Shown piece after piece: positions 28,327 to 35,646 of a stretch of 64,000 nucleotides of DNA. The stretch spans positions 2,541 through 66,540 of the forward strand of contig JAJPHJ010000053.1 in NCBI GenBank assembly GCA_021325335.1, written 5' to 3'. The notes below the pieces were generated by a model, which worked only from the letters and a program-made list of their open reading frames with translations, did no database searches and was not told the DNA's origin. Every line of letters starts with the position of its first letter. Within the stretch, counting starts at the first letter, position 1. This DNA comes from Pseudomonadota bacterium. Its GTDB lineage: Bacteria; Vulcanimicrobiota; Vulcanimicrobiia; Eremiobacterales; Eremiobacteraceae. A program made the position numbers and the translations under genes.

Positions 28327-28488
28327 CGTGCGGAGTTGCCCGATCGGAAGCGGCCGGCGTTAGCCGGCCGAAGCGTCACGAAATCGTGTTGAAGACTGCG
28401 TCGCCGAAGCAACCTCCGCGTCATATCGCGCAATTCCGCGCGCGACTTTGAGGTCCTTTGCCAACAGGGTTTGGACGTCGCTTGGGCG

Positions 28489-29907
28489 CTACGGCGTCGC
28501 GTTGAGAGCGTTGAAGACGTTAAGACGTCCGGAGCCCTGGTGCGGGTCTCCGATGTTGTCGGCGGACGACTTGATGATCGACAGCGCTTGGGCGGGCGTC
28601 AACGTCGGGTCGACCGCGAACATGAGCGCGACCGCACCCGCGACGTGCGGCGTCGCTTGCGAGGTGCCTGCGAACAAGCCGACCGTCTCCTTGAATTGTC
28701 CTTGCGTGCTGTCGAGGTTTTGTATCCATTGGAGGTAGTCGATGCACGCTTGCGTCGTGCAGTGTTGCTGCGTCGAGTCAGGATCGCCGCCCGGCGCGAC
28801 GAGCGAGAGCTGCGGGCCGAAATTCGAGTATGAGGCGACGCACTCGCTTCCGGTCCCTGGCTGGTTTTTCGTATCTCCGCAATTGGCGGACGCCCCGACC
28901 GCGATCACGCCGGGGTCGGCTGCGGGGTAGTCGACGATGTTCTTGCCGTCATTGCCCACCGCCGCGACGACGACGACACCGCTGGCGATCGCCGCTGCCA
29001 CGGCAGGCTCCTCGTAGGTGGGATCGGGCGCGCTGCCGCCCAAGCTGAGATTGATGACCTTCGCGCCGCTTGCAACCGCCCAATTGATGGCCGATGCGAC
29101 ATCGATCGTGGCCGCGCCGCTGTTGTTGCCGTACGGGAACACCCGCGCTTCGAGCAGCGCCGTGTTCCAGCCGACGCCCGCGACGAACTGCCCGTTATTC
29201 GTGTCGGCCGCCGCGATCCCGCTGACGTCAGAACCGTGGCCGTCCTTGTCTTGGACCGTGCACTTGGTATCCACCAGGCCCGTGCCTAGGTCGTAGACGA
29301 TCATTCCCCCCGGCGGCACTTTGCCGGTAAGATCCGGGTTGTTGAGATCGAACCCCGTGTCGATGATGGCGAGCCGCACGGACGAAAGGCCCTCGGTGAT
29401 GCCCCACGCGCTCGGCATGCCGATCGTAAATGCATCCCACTGGGTGGGCGTCGGAAAAGCGTCGTTGAAGAGCGGATCGTTCGGCGTGGTCAGCTTGTGT
29501 CGCAAGTAGACGGGTCCGGCGGCGAGCACCCCGCGCACGTGACGAAGGGCAGTCGCGATGCTCTCCGGCTGCGCGCCGGACGGAATGGAAAACGTCGTCG
29601 CACCCTGTTGATTCAAACCAGTCACCTGGCGCGCGGAGAATTTGGAAAGCGCGCTGAACGCCGCTTGGGGGATCGTGCCGTTCGCAAAGCGCACGGCGAC
29701 CATCCCGGGTTCTTGATCCGACACGGTCGGAGCGGCGAGATGCAAGCCCGCAAGACCTGTCGTCACAGACATGGCTGCTGCATTGCACCCGCTCGGCGGG
29801 GGTGTCGGATTACCGGGAGCCGTGCTCGAACCTCCGCCGCCTCCGCAGCCGATGAACCCGGACGTCGCCAACACGACGATTCCAATTTGGATTGATATCG
29901 CTTTCAC
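28489..29907 (-). CDS. subtilisin-like serine protease (peptidase S8), predicted lipoprotein
   Basis: Track ORF trimmed to GTG 29907, behind GAGGCGGG. This gives VKAISIQIGIVVLATSGFIGCGGGGGSS (lipobox-like). Catalytic triad contexts are AIIDTGFD, DGHGSDVSG and GTSQATPHVAGA. Confidence 0.85.
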   Translation of the reverse strand: MKAISIQIGIVVLATSGFIGCGGGGGSSTAPGNPTPPPSGCNAAAMSVTTGLAGLHLAAPTVSDQEPGMVAVRFANGTIPQAAFSALSKFSARQVTGLNQQGATTFSIPSGAQPESIATALRHVRGVLAAGPVYLRHKLTTPNDPLFNDAFPTPTQWDAFTIGMPSAWGITEGLSSVRLAIIDTGFDLNNPDLTGKVPPGGMIVYDLGTGLVDTKCTVQDKDGHGSDVSGIAAADTNNGQFVAGVGWNTALLEARVFPYGNNSGAATIDVASAINWAVASGAKVINLSLGGSAPDPTYEEPAVAAAIASGVVVVAAVGNDGKNIVDYPAADPGVIAVGASANCGDTKNQPGTGSECVASYSNFGPQLSLVAPGGDPDSTQQHCTTQACIDYLQWIQNLDSTQGQFKETVGLFAGTSQATPHVAGAVALMFAVDPTLTPAQALSIIKSSADNIGDPHQGSGRLNVFNALNATP

Positions 29908-29939
29908 AGCACCCGCCTCATGGAATGGACCTTTGTTCG

Positions 29940-31334
29940 CTAAGCCTCTTCTTCCCTCATTACGTTCATCGGCGATTTCGCGCGAGTCCAGCGGCCAGCC
30001 GTCGCTGAAAAAATGAAGGCGGCGATCACGCCGGCCGCGGTGAGTGCCTGTACGACTGGCGTCTGCTGCGTCCAGACGTCGAAGATAAGGAAGCCGAGCG
30101 TCCACAGCGCCCCGACGGCGGGCAAGAGAATGCCGGAAAACGCGTGACGCGGCCTTTCACCTGCTTGCAGATGCAGCTTGGCGCAGGCAAACCCGACGAT
30201 GATGAACGTCAAACCCAAGAAGATGGAAGAGCCTGAGACGACAAGCTGCAGCGCTTGCTGAGCGCTGCTCACGAGGCCGCAGGCGAGCAGGATGAGCAGG
30301 ATCGGCGCGCTCACGGCGACGGTTGCCACCCAGGGAGTGCCGAACTTCGGGTGCACGATCGCGAGGGCGGAGGGGAACAATCTGTCGCGACCCATCGCGA
30401 AAACCGCTCGAGAGAGCAGTTGCATCGTGGTCCACAGCGCAGCCGCGCTCGAGGCGAGTACGGTCACCACCATGAGCGTCGCGACCCAGCCGCCGCCCAG
30501 GCGCGCCGCGACATAGGCGAGCGCGTCCGCTTGATGGGAAGTAAACCCGTCAACGCTCCCGACGTGGAGAAACGCGACCATGCAGAACCACACAAGCGCC
30601 ATGGTGGCGAGCAAACCGACAAGAGATCCGGCGCCCGGCGTCGTCGCAGGTCCCGTGGACTCCTCGGAGCTGTAGGTCGAGATCTCCCAACCGGCAGAGA
30701 CCCAGATGGACAGCACCGCTCCGACGATGAGTCCGGTCAGACCGGTGGCGCCCAGCGAAAATCCCGTACGCCCGAGCGGCACGGTTCCGGTGAACGGATG
30801 GCTGAGCGCAACGACGGCGACAAGCACGAGCGCGCCGACCTCCACCGCAAGAAATATCGCGGACAGTTTGGCCGTCGGCTGTGCGCCGATGATGAGGAAG
30901 TACGCTGAGAATATCGTCCAACAGATGCCGGCGATCGCGATCGCCGCAGCCGAAGCGGCTGCGTGCGGAAAGATCAGCTCGACGGTGTAGACTGCGGCGG
31001 GAAGCGCGCACGCGAGCGCACCGAAGTAGTAGCCCACGATGATGAGCACCGCGGTGAAATAGCCGGCGCGCGAGCCGAACGCCCACTGCGCCCAGGTGTA
31101 AGCCGCGCCGGCCGACGGCCGTTCGGTGGCGAGGCGCATGAACCCGATCGCGATGAAGGCGATGGGAATCGTGGAGACCACCAGGGCGAAGGGAGCGCCC
31201 GTCCCGGCCGCGGCCACGACGAGCCCCATGACGGCGGCGAGGCTATACGCGGGCGCCATGCTGGAGGAGGCGAGCACGGACAAGTCCGCAAGCGATAGAG
31301 TCCGGAACAGCTTTCCAATGCCTGCGGCGCTCAT
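29940..31334 (-). CDS. APC-superfamily amino acid/polyamine permease (paralog 2)
   Basis: 464-aa ORF with about 12 TM segments. It is collinear with paralog 1 (for example LSLADLSVLASSSMAPAYSLAA; SIWVSAGWEISTYSSEES versus SIWVTDGWEVSTYTSEEN). Confidence 0.85.
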   Translation of the reverse strand: MSAAGIGKLFRTLSLADLSVLASSSMAPAYSLAAVMGLVVAAAGTGAPFALVVSTIPIAFIAIGFMRLATERPSAGAAYTWAQWAFGSRAGYFTAVLIIVGYYFGALACALPAAVYTVELIFPHAAASAAAIAIAGICWTIFSAYFLIIGAQPTAKLSAIFLAVEVGALVLVAVVALSHPFTGTVPLGRTGFSLGATGLTGLIVGAVLSIWVSAGWEISTYSSEESTGPATTPGAGSLVGLLATMALVWFCMVAFLHVGSVDGFTSHQADALAYVAARLGGGWVATLMVVTVLASSAAALWTTMQLLSRAVFAMGRDRLFPSALAIVHPKFGTPWVATVAVSAPILLILLACGLVSSAQQALQLVVSGSSIFLGLTFIIVGFACAKLHLQAGERPRHAFSGILLPAVGALWTLGFLIFDVWTQQTPVVQALTAAGVIAAFIFSATAGRWTRAKSPMNVMREEEA

Positions 31335-31358
31335 CGTGCTCGCCTGCTGCGACCGGCC

Positions 31359-32630
31359 CTAGAGGTCCGCCGCCACATCTTCTCGCGCTGCTCGCGACGC
31401 GCGCCAGCCGAGCATCAGCGCGGCGAGGGCGGCACGGCGAGCGACCGTTTCTCGGTCCCCCGAGAGATGCAGCCGTCGTGCTTCGAGCCGCCCATCTTCG
31501 CTCGCGACGGCGATGTAGACGAGACCCACAGGCTTTTGCTCGTTGCCTCCGGTTGGGCCCGCGATACCGGTGACGGCAAGAGCGACGCGCGCGCCGAACG
31601 CCGCCTTCGCTCCAAGCGCCATAGCGGAGGCCACCTCTTCGCTCACCGCGCCGTGGAGCTCGATCGTCGCGGCGGCGACGTCGAGGAGCGCGGTCTTCGC
31701 TTCATTGGAATAGGCGATGACGCCCCCGCGATAATATTCCGAGGAGCCGGGCACGGCCGTGATCATCGAGCCGATGAGGCCGCCCGTGCACGACTCCGCC
31801 GTGGCGATCGTCCAGCCGCGGGCGCGCAGCTCTCCGCCAAGCACGGCGGCGAGAGACGAACCATCCGCGGAGAAGATACAATCGCCGAGACGGCGCCGGA
31901 TCTCGGCCTCGAGTTGATCGATGAGCGCAGCGGCCGCTTCGCGACTGGAGGCTTTCGCGGTGATCTTGACGTGGACTTCTCCCGCATGTGCGAGCACGGC
32001 GATGCTGGGATTTACGCTGGCCCGGAAGAGATCGCCGATCTTGGCGTCGATCTCCGATTCGGAGACGCCGGTCGTGCGCAGGACGCGCGTCGCGATCGTC
32101 TGTCCAAGCGCGAACGTCTCGCGCAGCAGAGGTACGACGTGCTCGCGCAACATCGGCTCCATCTCGCGCGGCGGCCCCGGCAGCGCGATCACGAGCTTAT
32201 CGCCGACTGCGAGCGCGAATCCCGGAGCCGTGCCCTTGGGATTTTCCAAGATCTTCGCGCCTTTCGGGAACATGGCTTGACGCGCGTTGTTCGGCGACAT
32301 CTGGCGTCCGAAGCTCGCGAAGAACGCGCGCAGGTCGAAGACGACTTCGGGATCCAGGACGAGCTCCGTGCCGACCGACGCCACGATGCCTTCGCGGGTG
32401 AGATCGTCGACCGTAGGCCCGAGACCGCCCGCACAGATGACGACGTCTGCTCTGGCGAGCGCCTCTGTCACCGCCTGCGCGATCCGGCTTTCGTTATCGC
32501 CGACTGACGTCTCCCGAAAGACATCGATGCCGATCTCCGCCAAGCACGCGGCGATCGTGGCGGTGTTCGTGTCGACGAGCTGGCCCAGGAGCAGCTCGGT
32601 TCCGACCGTGATGATCTCTGCGGATGGCAT
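31359..32630 (-). CDS. cinA: CinA family protein (MoCF-binding domain + PncC-type nicotinamide-nucleotide amidase domain)
   Basis: 423-aa ORF with N-terminal AEIITVGTELLLGQLVDTNTA. The C-terminal CinA/PncC domain contains TAESCTGGL. Confidence 0.9.
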   Translation of the reverse strand: MPSAEIITVGTELLLGQLVDTNTATIAACLAEIGIDVFRETSVGDNESRIAQAVTEALARADVVICAGGLGPTVDDLTREGIVASVGTELVLDPEVVFDLRAFFASFGRQMSPNNARQAMFPKGAKILENPKGTAPGFALAVGDKLVIALPGPPREMEPMLREHVVPLLRETFALGQTIATRVLRTTGVSESEIDAKIGDLFRASVNPSIAVLAHAGEVHVKITAKASSREAAAALIDQLEAEIRRRLGDCIFSADGSSLAAVLGGELRARGWTIATAESCTGGLIGSMITAVPGSSEYYRGGVIAYSNEAKTALLDVAAATIELHGAVSEEVASAMALGAKAAFGARVALAVTGIAGPTGGNEQKPVGLVYIAVASEDGRLEARRLHLSGDRETVARRAALAALMLGWRASRAAREDVAADL

Positions 32631-32636
32631 GCAGCG

Positions 32637-33038
32637 CTACGAGCCGCCCGCGCTCGCGCGCTTAGGCTCGAGCAACTCGACCGGTATCCCGTTTGGATCT
32701 TCGACGAATGCGATCGACCGCGTGCCGCTGGGAGATTTCTTCGGGCCTTTGAGGATCTTGACGCCTTGATCGGCGAGGCGCTTGCATACCTGTTCGAGAT
32801 CGCCGTCCACTTCGAGCGCAAGATGCTCGTAGCGATTGCCGAGTTCGTACGGGGGATGCTCCTCGAGGTCGTAGACGAGCTCGATGTACGAGTCCCAGTC
32901 GCGGCCGACGAACGCCATGTCCGCGTTTCCCTCGTGGTGCGCTTGGTCCAGCAGTCGCAAGCCGAGCTTCTTCGTGTAGAAGTCGATCGACTGATCCATG
33001 TCATTGACGAAGATCGACGTATGGAGATATCGGGAAAT
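32637..33038 (-). CDS. gloA: lactoylglutathione lyase (glyoxalase I); start codon uncertain (ATT 33038 proposed; the only ATG/GTG/TTG start upstream of the conserved N-terminus is ATG 33134)
   Basis: (I)SRYLHTSIFVNDMDQSIDFYTKKLGLRLL...IAFVEDPNGIPVELLE is collinear with E. coli GloA ([21 protein letters not shown]...IAFVEDPDGYKIELIE, quoted from memory). GGAAGCGAGGG lies 7 nt upstream of ATT 33038. The track start at 33134 would overlap the upstream gene by 92 nt. Confidence 0.75.
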   Translation of the reverse strand: MSRYLHTSIFVNDMDQSIDFYTKKLGLRLLDQAHHEGNADMAFVGRDWDSYIELVYDLEEHPPYELGNRYEHLALEVDGDLEQVCKRLADQGVKILKGPKKSPSGTRSIAFVEDPNGIPVELLEPKRASAGGS

Positions 33039-33042
33039 GGGT

Positions 33043-33465
33043 TTACCCTCGCTTCCTAGACCGGCGTTTTGTTTGCGGCGTTCGCGCGGATTTTGCGAGA
33101 ACCGAAAGCTCCCAACGGTACCCGTCTGGATCATGAAACCAAAGCCCCATGTTCTTGGAGCCCGGCGCTTCAGGACCGATCTCGTCGCCCGGGTCTTCGA
33201 GTTTGACCTTCTTCCGTTTCAGCCATGCGAGCGCCGCTTCGAGTTCTCGCATGCTGCGAAGATGGAAGGACACGTGCTCGAGCGTCTCCGGCCGCGGCAC
33301 GCCTTTCATGAGCGCGATGTCGACGTTTTTATTGCCCACGACGACGCCGTTCGGAAATTCGAATTCCACCTTCAGCCCCATGACGTCCACCCAGAACCGC
33401 GCGCTCTTGCGCGGGTCGCGAACCGCCAGCACCATGTGACCGACATGGCCAAGTTTGATCGACAT
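33043..33465 (-). CDS. VOC (glyoxalase/bleomycin-resistance/dioxygenase) family protein
   Basis: 140-aa ORF MSIKLGHVGHMVLAVRDPRKSARFWVDVMGL...HVSFHL...GLWFHDPDGYRWEL with the VOC beta-alpha-beta-beta-beta repeat pattern. It has a basic C-terminal tail. Confidence 0.7.
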   Translation of the reverse strand: MSIKLGHVGHMVLAVRDPRKSARFWVDVMGLKVEFEFPNGVVVGNKNVDIALMKGVPRPETLEHVSFHLRSMRELEAALAWLKRKKVKLEDPGDEIGPEAPGSKNMGLWFHDPDGYRWELSVLAKSARTPQTKRRSRKRG

Positions 33466-33466
33466 G

Positions 33467-34324
33467 TCAAAAATCTACCGGGCGCAAGTAGAATTCATTG
33501 ATCGCGGTGGTGGAGATGACCGCGGTCGTCGGCAGGTGGCGCTTCCAATGCGTTGAGTTCACCCTGCGCATGACGAGCGCGACGTCTGTCGGCGTGAATC
33601 CATGTTCCACGATATCCTCCTCTCGATACCCCATGAGCGCCAGTTGTAAGATGCGATCTGCGCGAGCGTACGTGATGCCGAGGTCTTCCTCATCTGTCTG
33701 TCCACGGATGAGGTCGGCGGTGGCGGGTTTGTCGATGATCGCTGGCGGCACGCCGAGGTGTCGGGCCAGTTGCCATATCTGTGTCTTGAAAAGGTCGCCG
33801 ATCGGGTTGATCGGCGGCGAGTCATCGGCGTGCCAGGTGAAGTAGCCGAGCAGCCGCTCCGACTTGTTCCCGGTACCTACCGGCAGACCGTCGTACTTCG
33901 CTGATTGATCGAACAGCACGATCATCCGTTGCCGCGCCATCACGTTACCCCGGCGCGTCGGGGATGCCTCCCGTTCGTGCTGCAGATATCCGTCGACCGC
34001 ATCGCTGATGTCTATTACGATGTCGTGGATCCGCGTTGACGCGGTCACCAAGGCCCCGTGCCTGAAGCTTTCTTCGGATGAGGTGCGATACGGCATGCGC
34101 ACGCCATGCACGTTCTCCGGCCCAAGCGCCTTTGCGCACAGGAAAGCGACCACCGCCGAATCGACGCCGCCGGAAACGCCGACGATCGCGGTGCGGATAC
34201 CGCGGCGACCGATCATCTCATCGCGCAGAAAGTTCACCAGCCAACGTTCTGCGAGCGCTGGGTCGAGCGCGAGTCCGTCGACCTCACGTACGTCTGCGTG
34301 GAGGACCGGGAGCTTCGGGCTCAT
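33467..34324 (-). CDS. nadE: NAD+ synthetase, synthetase (PP-loop ATP pyrophosphatase) subunit
   Basis: 285-aa ORF with the PP-loop VGVSGGVDSAV and the NadE-like C-terminal region. It overlaps the stop of the upstream nitrilase-like gene by 4 nt. Confidence 0.9.
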   Translation of the reverse strand: MSPKLPVLHADVREVDGLALDPALAERWLVNFLRDEMIGRRGIRTAIVGVSGGVDSAVVAFLCAKALGPENVHGVRMPYRTSSEESFRHGALVTASTRIHDIVIDISDAVDGYLQHEREASPTRRGNVMARQRMIVLFDQSAKYDGLPVGTGNKSERLLGYFTWHADDSPPINPIGDLFKTQIWQLARHLGVPPAIIDKPATADLIRGQTDEEDLGITYARADRILQLALMGYREEDIVEHGFTPTDVALVMRRVNSTHWKRHLPTTAVISTTAINEFYLRPVDF

Positions 34325-35274
34325 CGTTTCTGCCTCGGGCTTGCGGCAGGCCGTCGCGCGGTCTCCTCATCGAACATCGTCGTGAGCTCGGCAAGATTGG
34401 ATTCTAAATCGCCGAGCGCCGGAAGCGCGGCACGGGCCACATGCACGTCCTGCAGCGAGATGGACGTCCGCACGATCGCGGCGCCGTCGAAGGGCGCTTC
34501 CACGCGCAGATCTCCGAACGGTCCCATGAGGCGCGATGCGCCCGTGAATCCTTTGCCGCCTTCGAAGCCCACCAGGCCCGCGTAGGCGATGAAAATGCCG
34601 TGCTCTGCCGCGGCCACGCGCATGATGTCGCGCCACATCCGAACGTTCGCGGGCTCGGCCTCTTCCAGGCCGCGCCCGGGAGATGCGCTGGGGATGTACA
34701 GGATCTGCGCTCCGCGCAAGGCGGCGATGGTCACGGCAACCGAGTGGCAGGCGTCTTCGCAGATCAAGATCGCGGCGCGCCCGTGCGGAGTCGCAAAGGC
34801 TTCGATGCTGCGCCCGCGCGACACGAACCGCTCCTCATCAAAGACGCCGTACGTCGGCAAGAAGAGCTTGCGGTGTACGTGACGCACCGTTCCGTGCTCG
34901 CCGAGGCTTGCGTACATAGCGCTGTTGTAGAACTTACCGCCGTCATCTTCGTAGAACCCGACGACGACATCGAAGGACGGATGTTTGCGTCCGCAAACCC
35001 GCGCCGCCGTCGTTTGCAGCCGGCGGTACACAGCGCTGCTCTTCAGCGCGACTTCGGCGACGCCGCCCTCGACGAAGTAGCCCGAAAGGCTGGCCTCAGG
35101 AAAGACGATGACGGAGGGAAAGCCTTCCTGGTCGTGACGCAGCGCGGCGAAGACTTGCTCGATCCGCTCAAAATTCTGCTCGACGCGCCCCTTTCTTGGC
35201 GCGAATTGGACGAGCGCTAGGTTGACGACCTGACGCGGCCTTGCTTTGGCGGGGCCATTTCTGCTAGGCGCCAC
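34321..35274 (-). CDS. carbon-nitrogen hydrolase (nitrilase superfamily), probable glutaminase partner of NadE; start uncertain
   Basis: Track ORF 34321..35451. The CN-hydrolase core starts at VVNLALVQFAPRKG. The E-K-C triad contexts are VIVFPEASLSGY, HRKLFLPTY and AILICEDACH. Candidate starts are GTG 35274, GTG 35376/35373, ATG 35403 and TTG 35451. The region above about 35340 looks non-coding (AT-rich). Confidence 0.75.
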   Translation of the reverse strand: MAPSRNGPAKARPRQVVNLALVQFAPRKGRVEQNFERIEQVFAALRHDQEGFPSVIVFPEASLSGYFVEGGVAEVALKSSAVYRRLQTTAARVCGRKHPSFDVVVGFYEDDGGKFYNSAMYASLGEHGTVRHVHRKLFLPTYGVFDEERFVSRGRSIEAFATPHGRAAILICEDACHSVAVTIAALRGAQILYIPSASPGRGLEEAEPANVRMWRDIMRVAAAEHGIFIAYAGLVGFEGGKGFTGASRLMGPFGDLRVEAPFDGAAIVRTSISLQDVHVARAALPALGDLESNLAELTTMFDEETARRPAASPRQKR

Positions 35275-35504
35275 AATGCCGACCGGCTCCGGAAGCCTCG
35301 GCTTGCTCGAGGGACGGCGCGCTGCTTTCTTCGCCTGCTTTCTGATCACCGAGCTAACCGTTCTTTTTCTCACCACGCGGAACCCGGCGCGAGAAAAAAG
35401 CATCCACAGGGAGGCATAAACGGTGGACAAGTTCTGCGCAAAAGAGCACAAAAGTCCGTCTCATAAGGGTTAGACGGGGAACGAACTGCCGTTCGAAAAA
35501 ACCC

Positions 35505-35569
35505 TTGCAAGGCGACATTAACCGCTATATAATGTGGAGAATCACCCCTATAGCCACTATAGGTAGGGG
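35505..35569 (+). promoter_or_regulatory. nrdJ promoter (-35 TTGCAA, 17-nt spacer, -10 TATAAT) overlapped by two candidate NrdR boxes
   Basis: TTGCAA at 35505..35510 and TATAAT at 35528..35533. Box 1 is CCGCTATATAATGTGG (35522..35537). Box 2 is CCACTATAGGTAGGGG (35554..35569). The centres are 32 bp apart. Both were compared with the NrdR consensus acaCwAtATaTwGtgt, recalled from the literature. Confidence 0.5.
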
Positions 35570-35646
35570 TGCCTTGTCGACTCTCGAACATGCGTGTGAT
35601 ATAGCTTTCATCAGAAATCCGCTCCAAGAAAGGCCCCTGCGCTCAC

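Noticed and set aside
35459-35500. Two hairpins (CCGTCT...AGACGG and CGAAC-TGCC-GTTCG followed by AAAAAA) as possible terminators
   Set aside because: On the + strand they are followed by an A-run, not a U-run. On the - strand the U-run precedes the stem. They also lie upstream of both divergent genes, so they are not in a terminator position.
35452-35646. Cobalamin riboswitch or other riboswitch upstream of nrdJ
   Set aside because: I looked for a B12-box-like element and a long conserved structured leader. The region is short, is dominated by promoter and NrdR-box-like elements, and contains nothing resembling the B12 core. B12 riboswitches would also be expected on B12-independent RNRs rather than on nrdJ.
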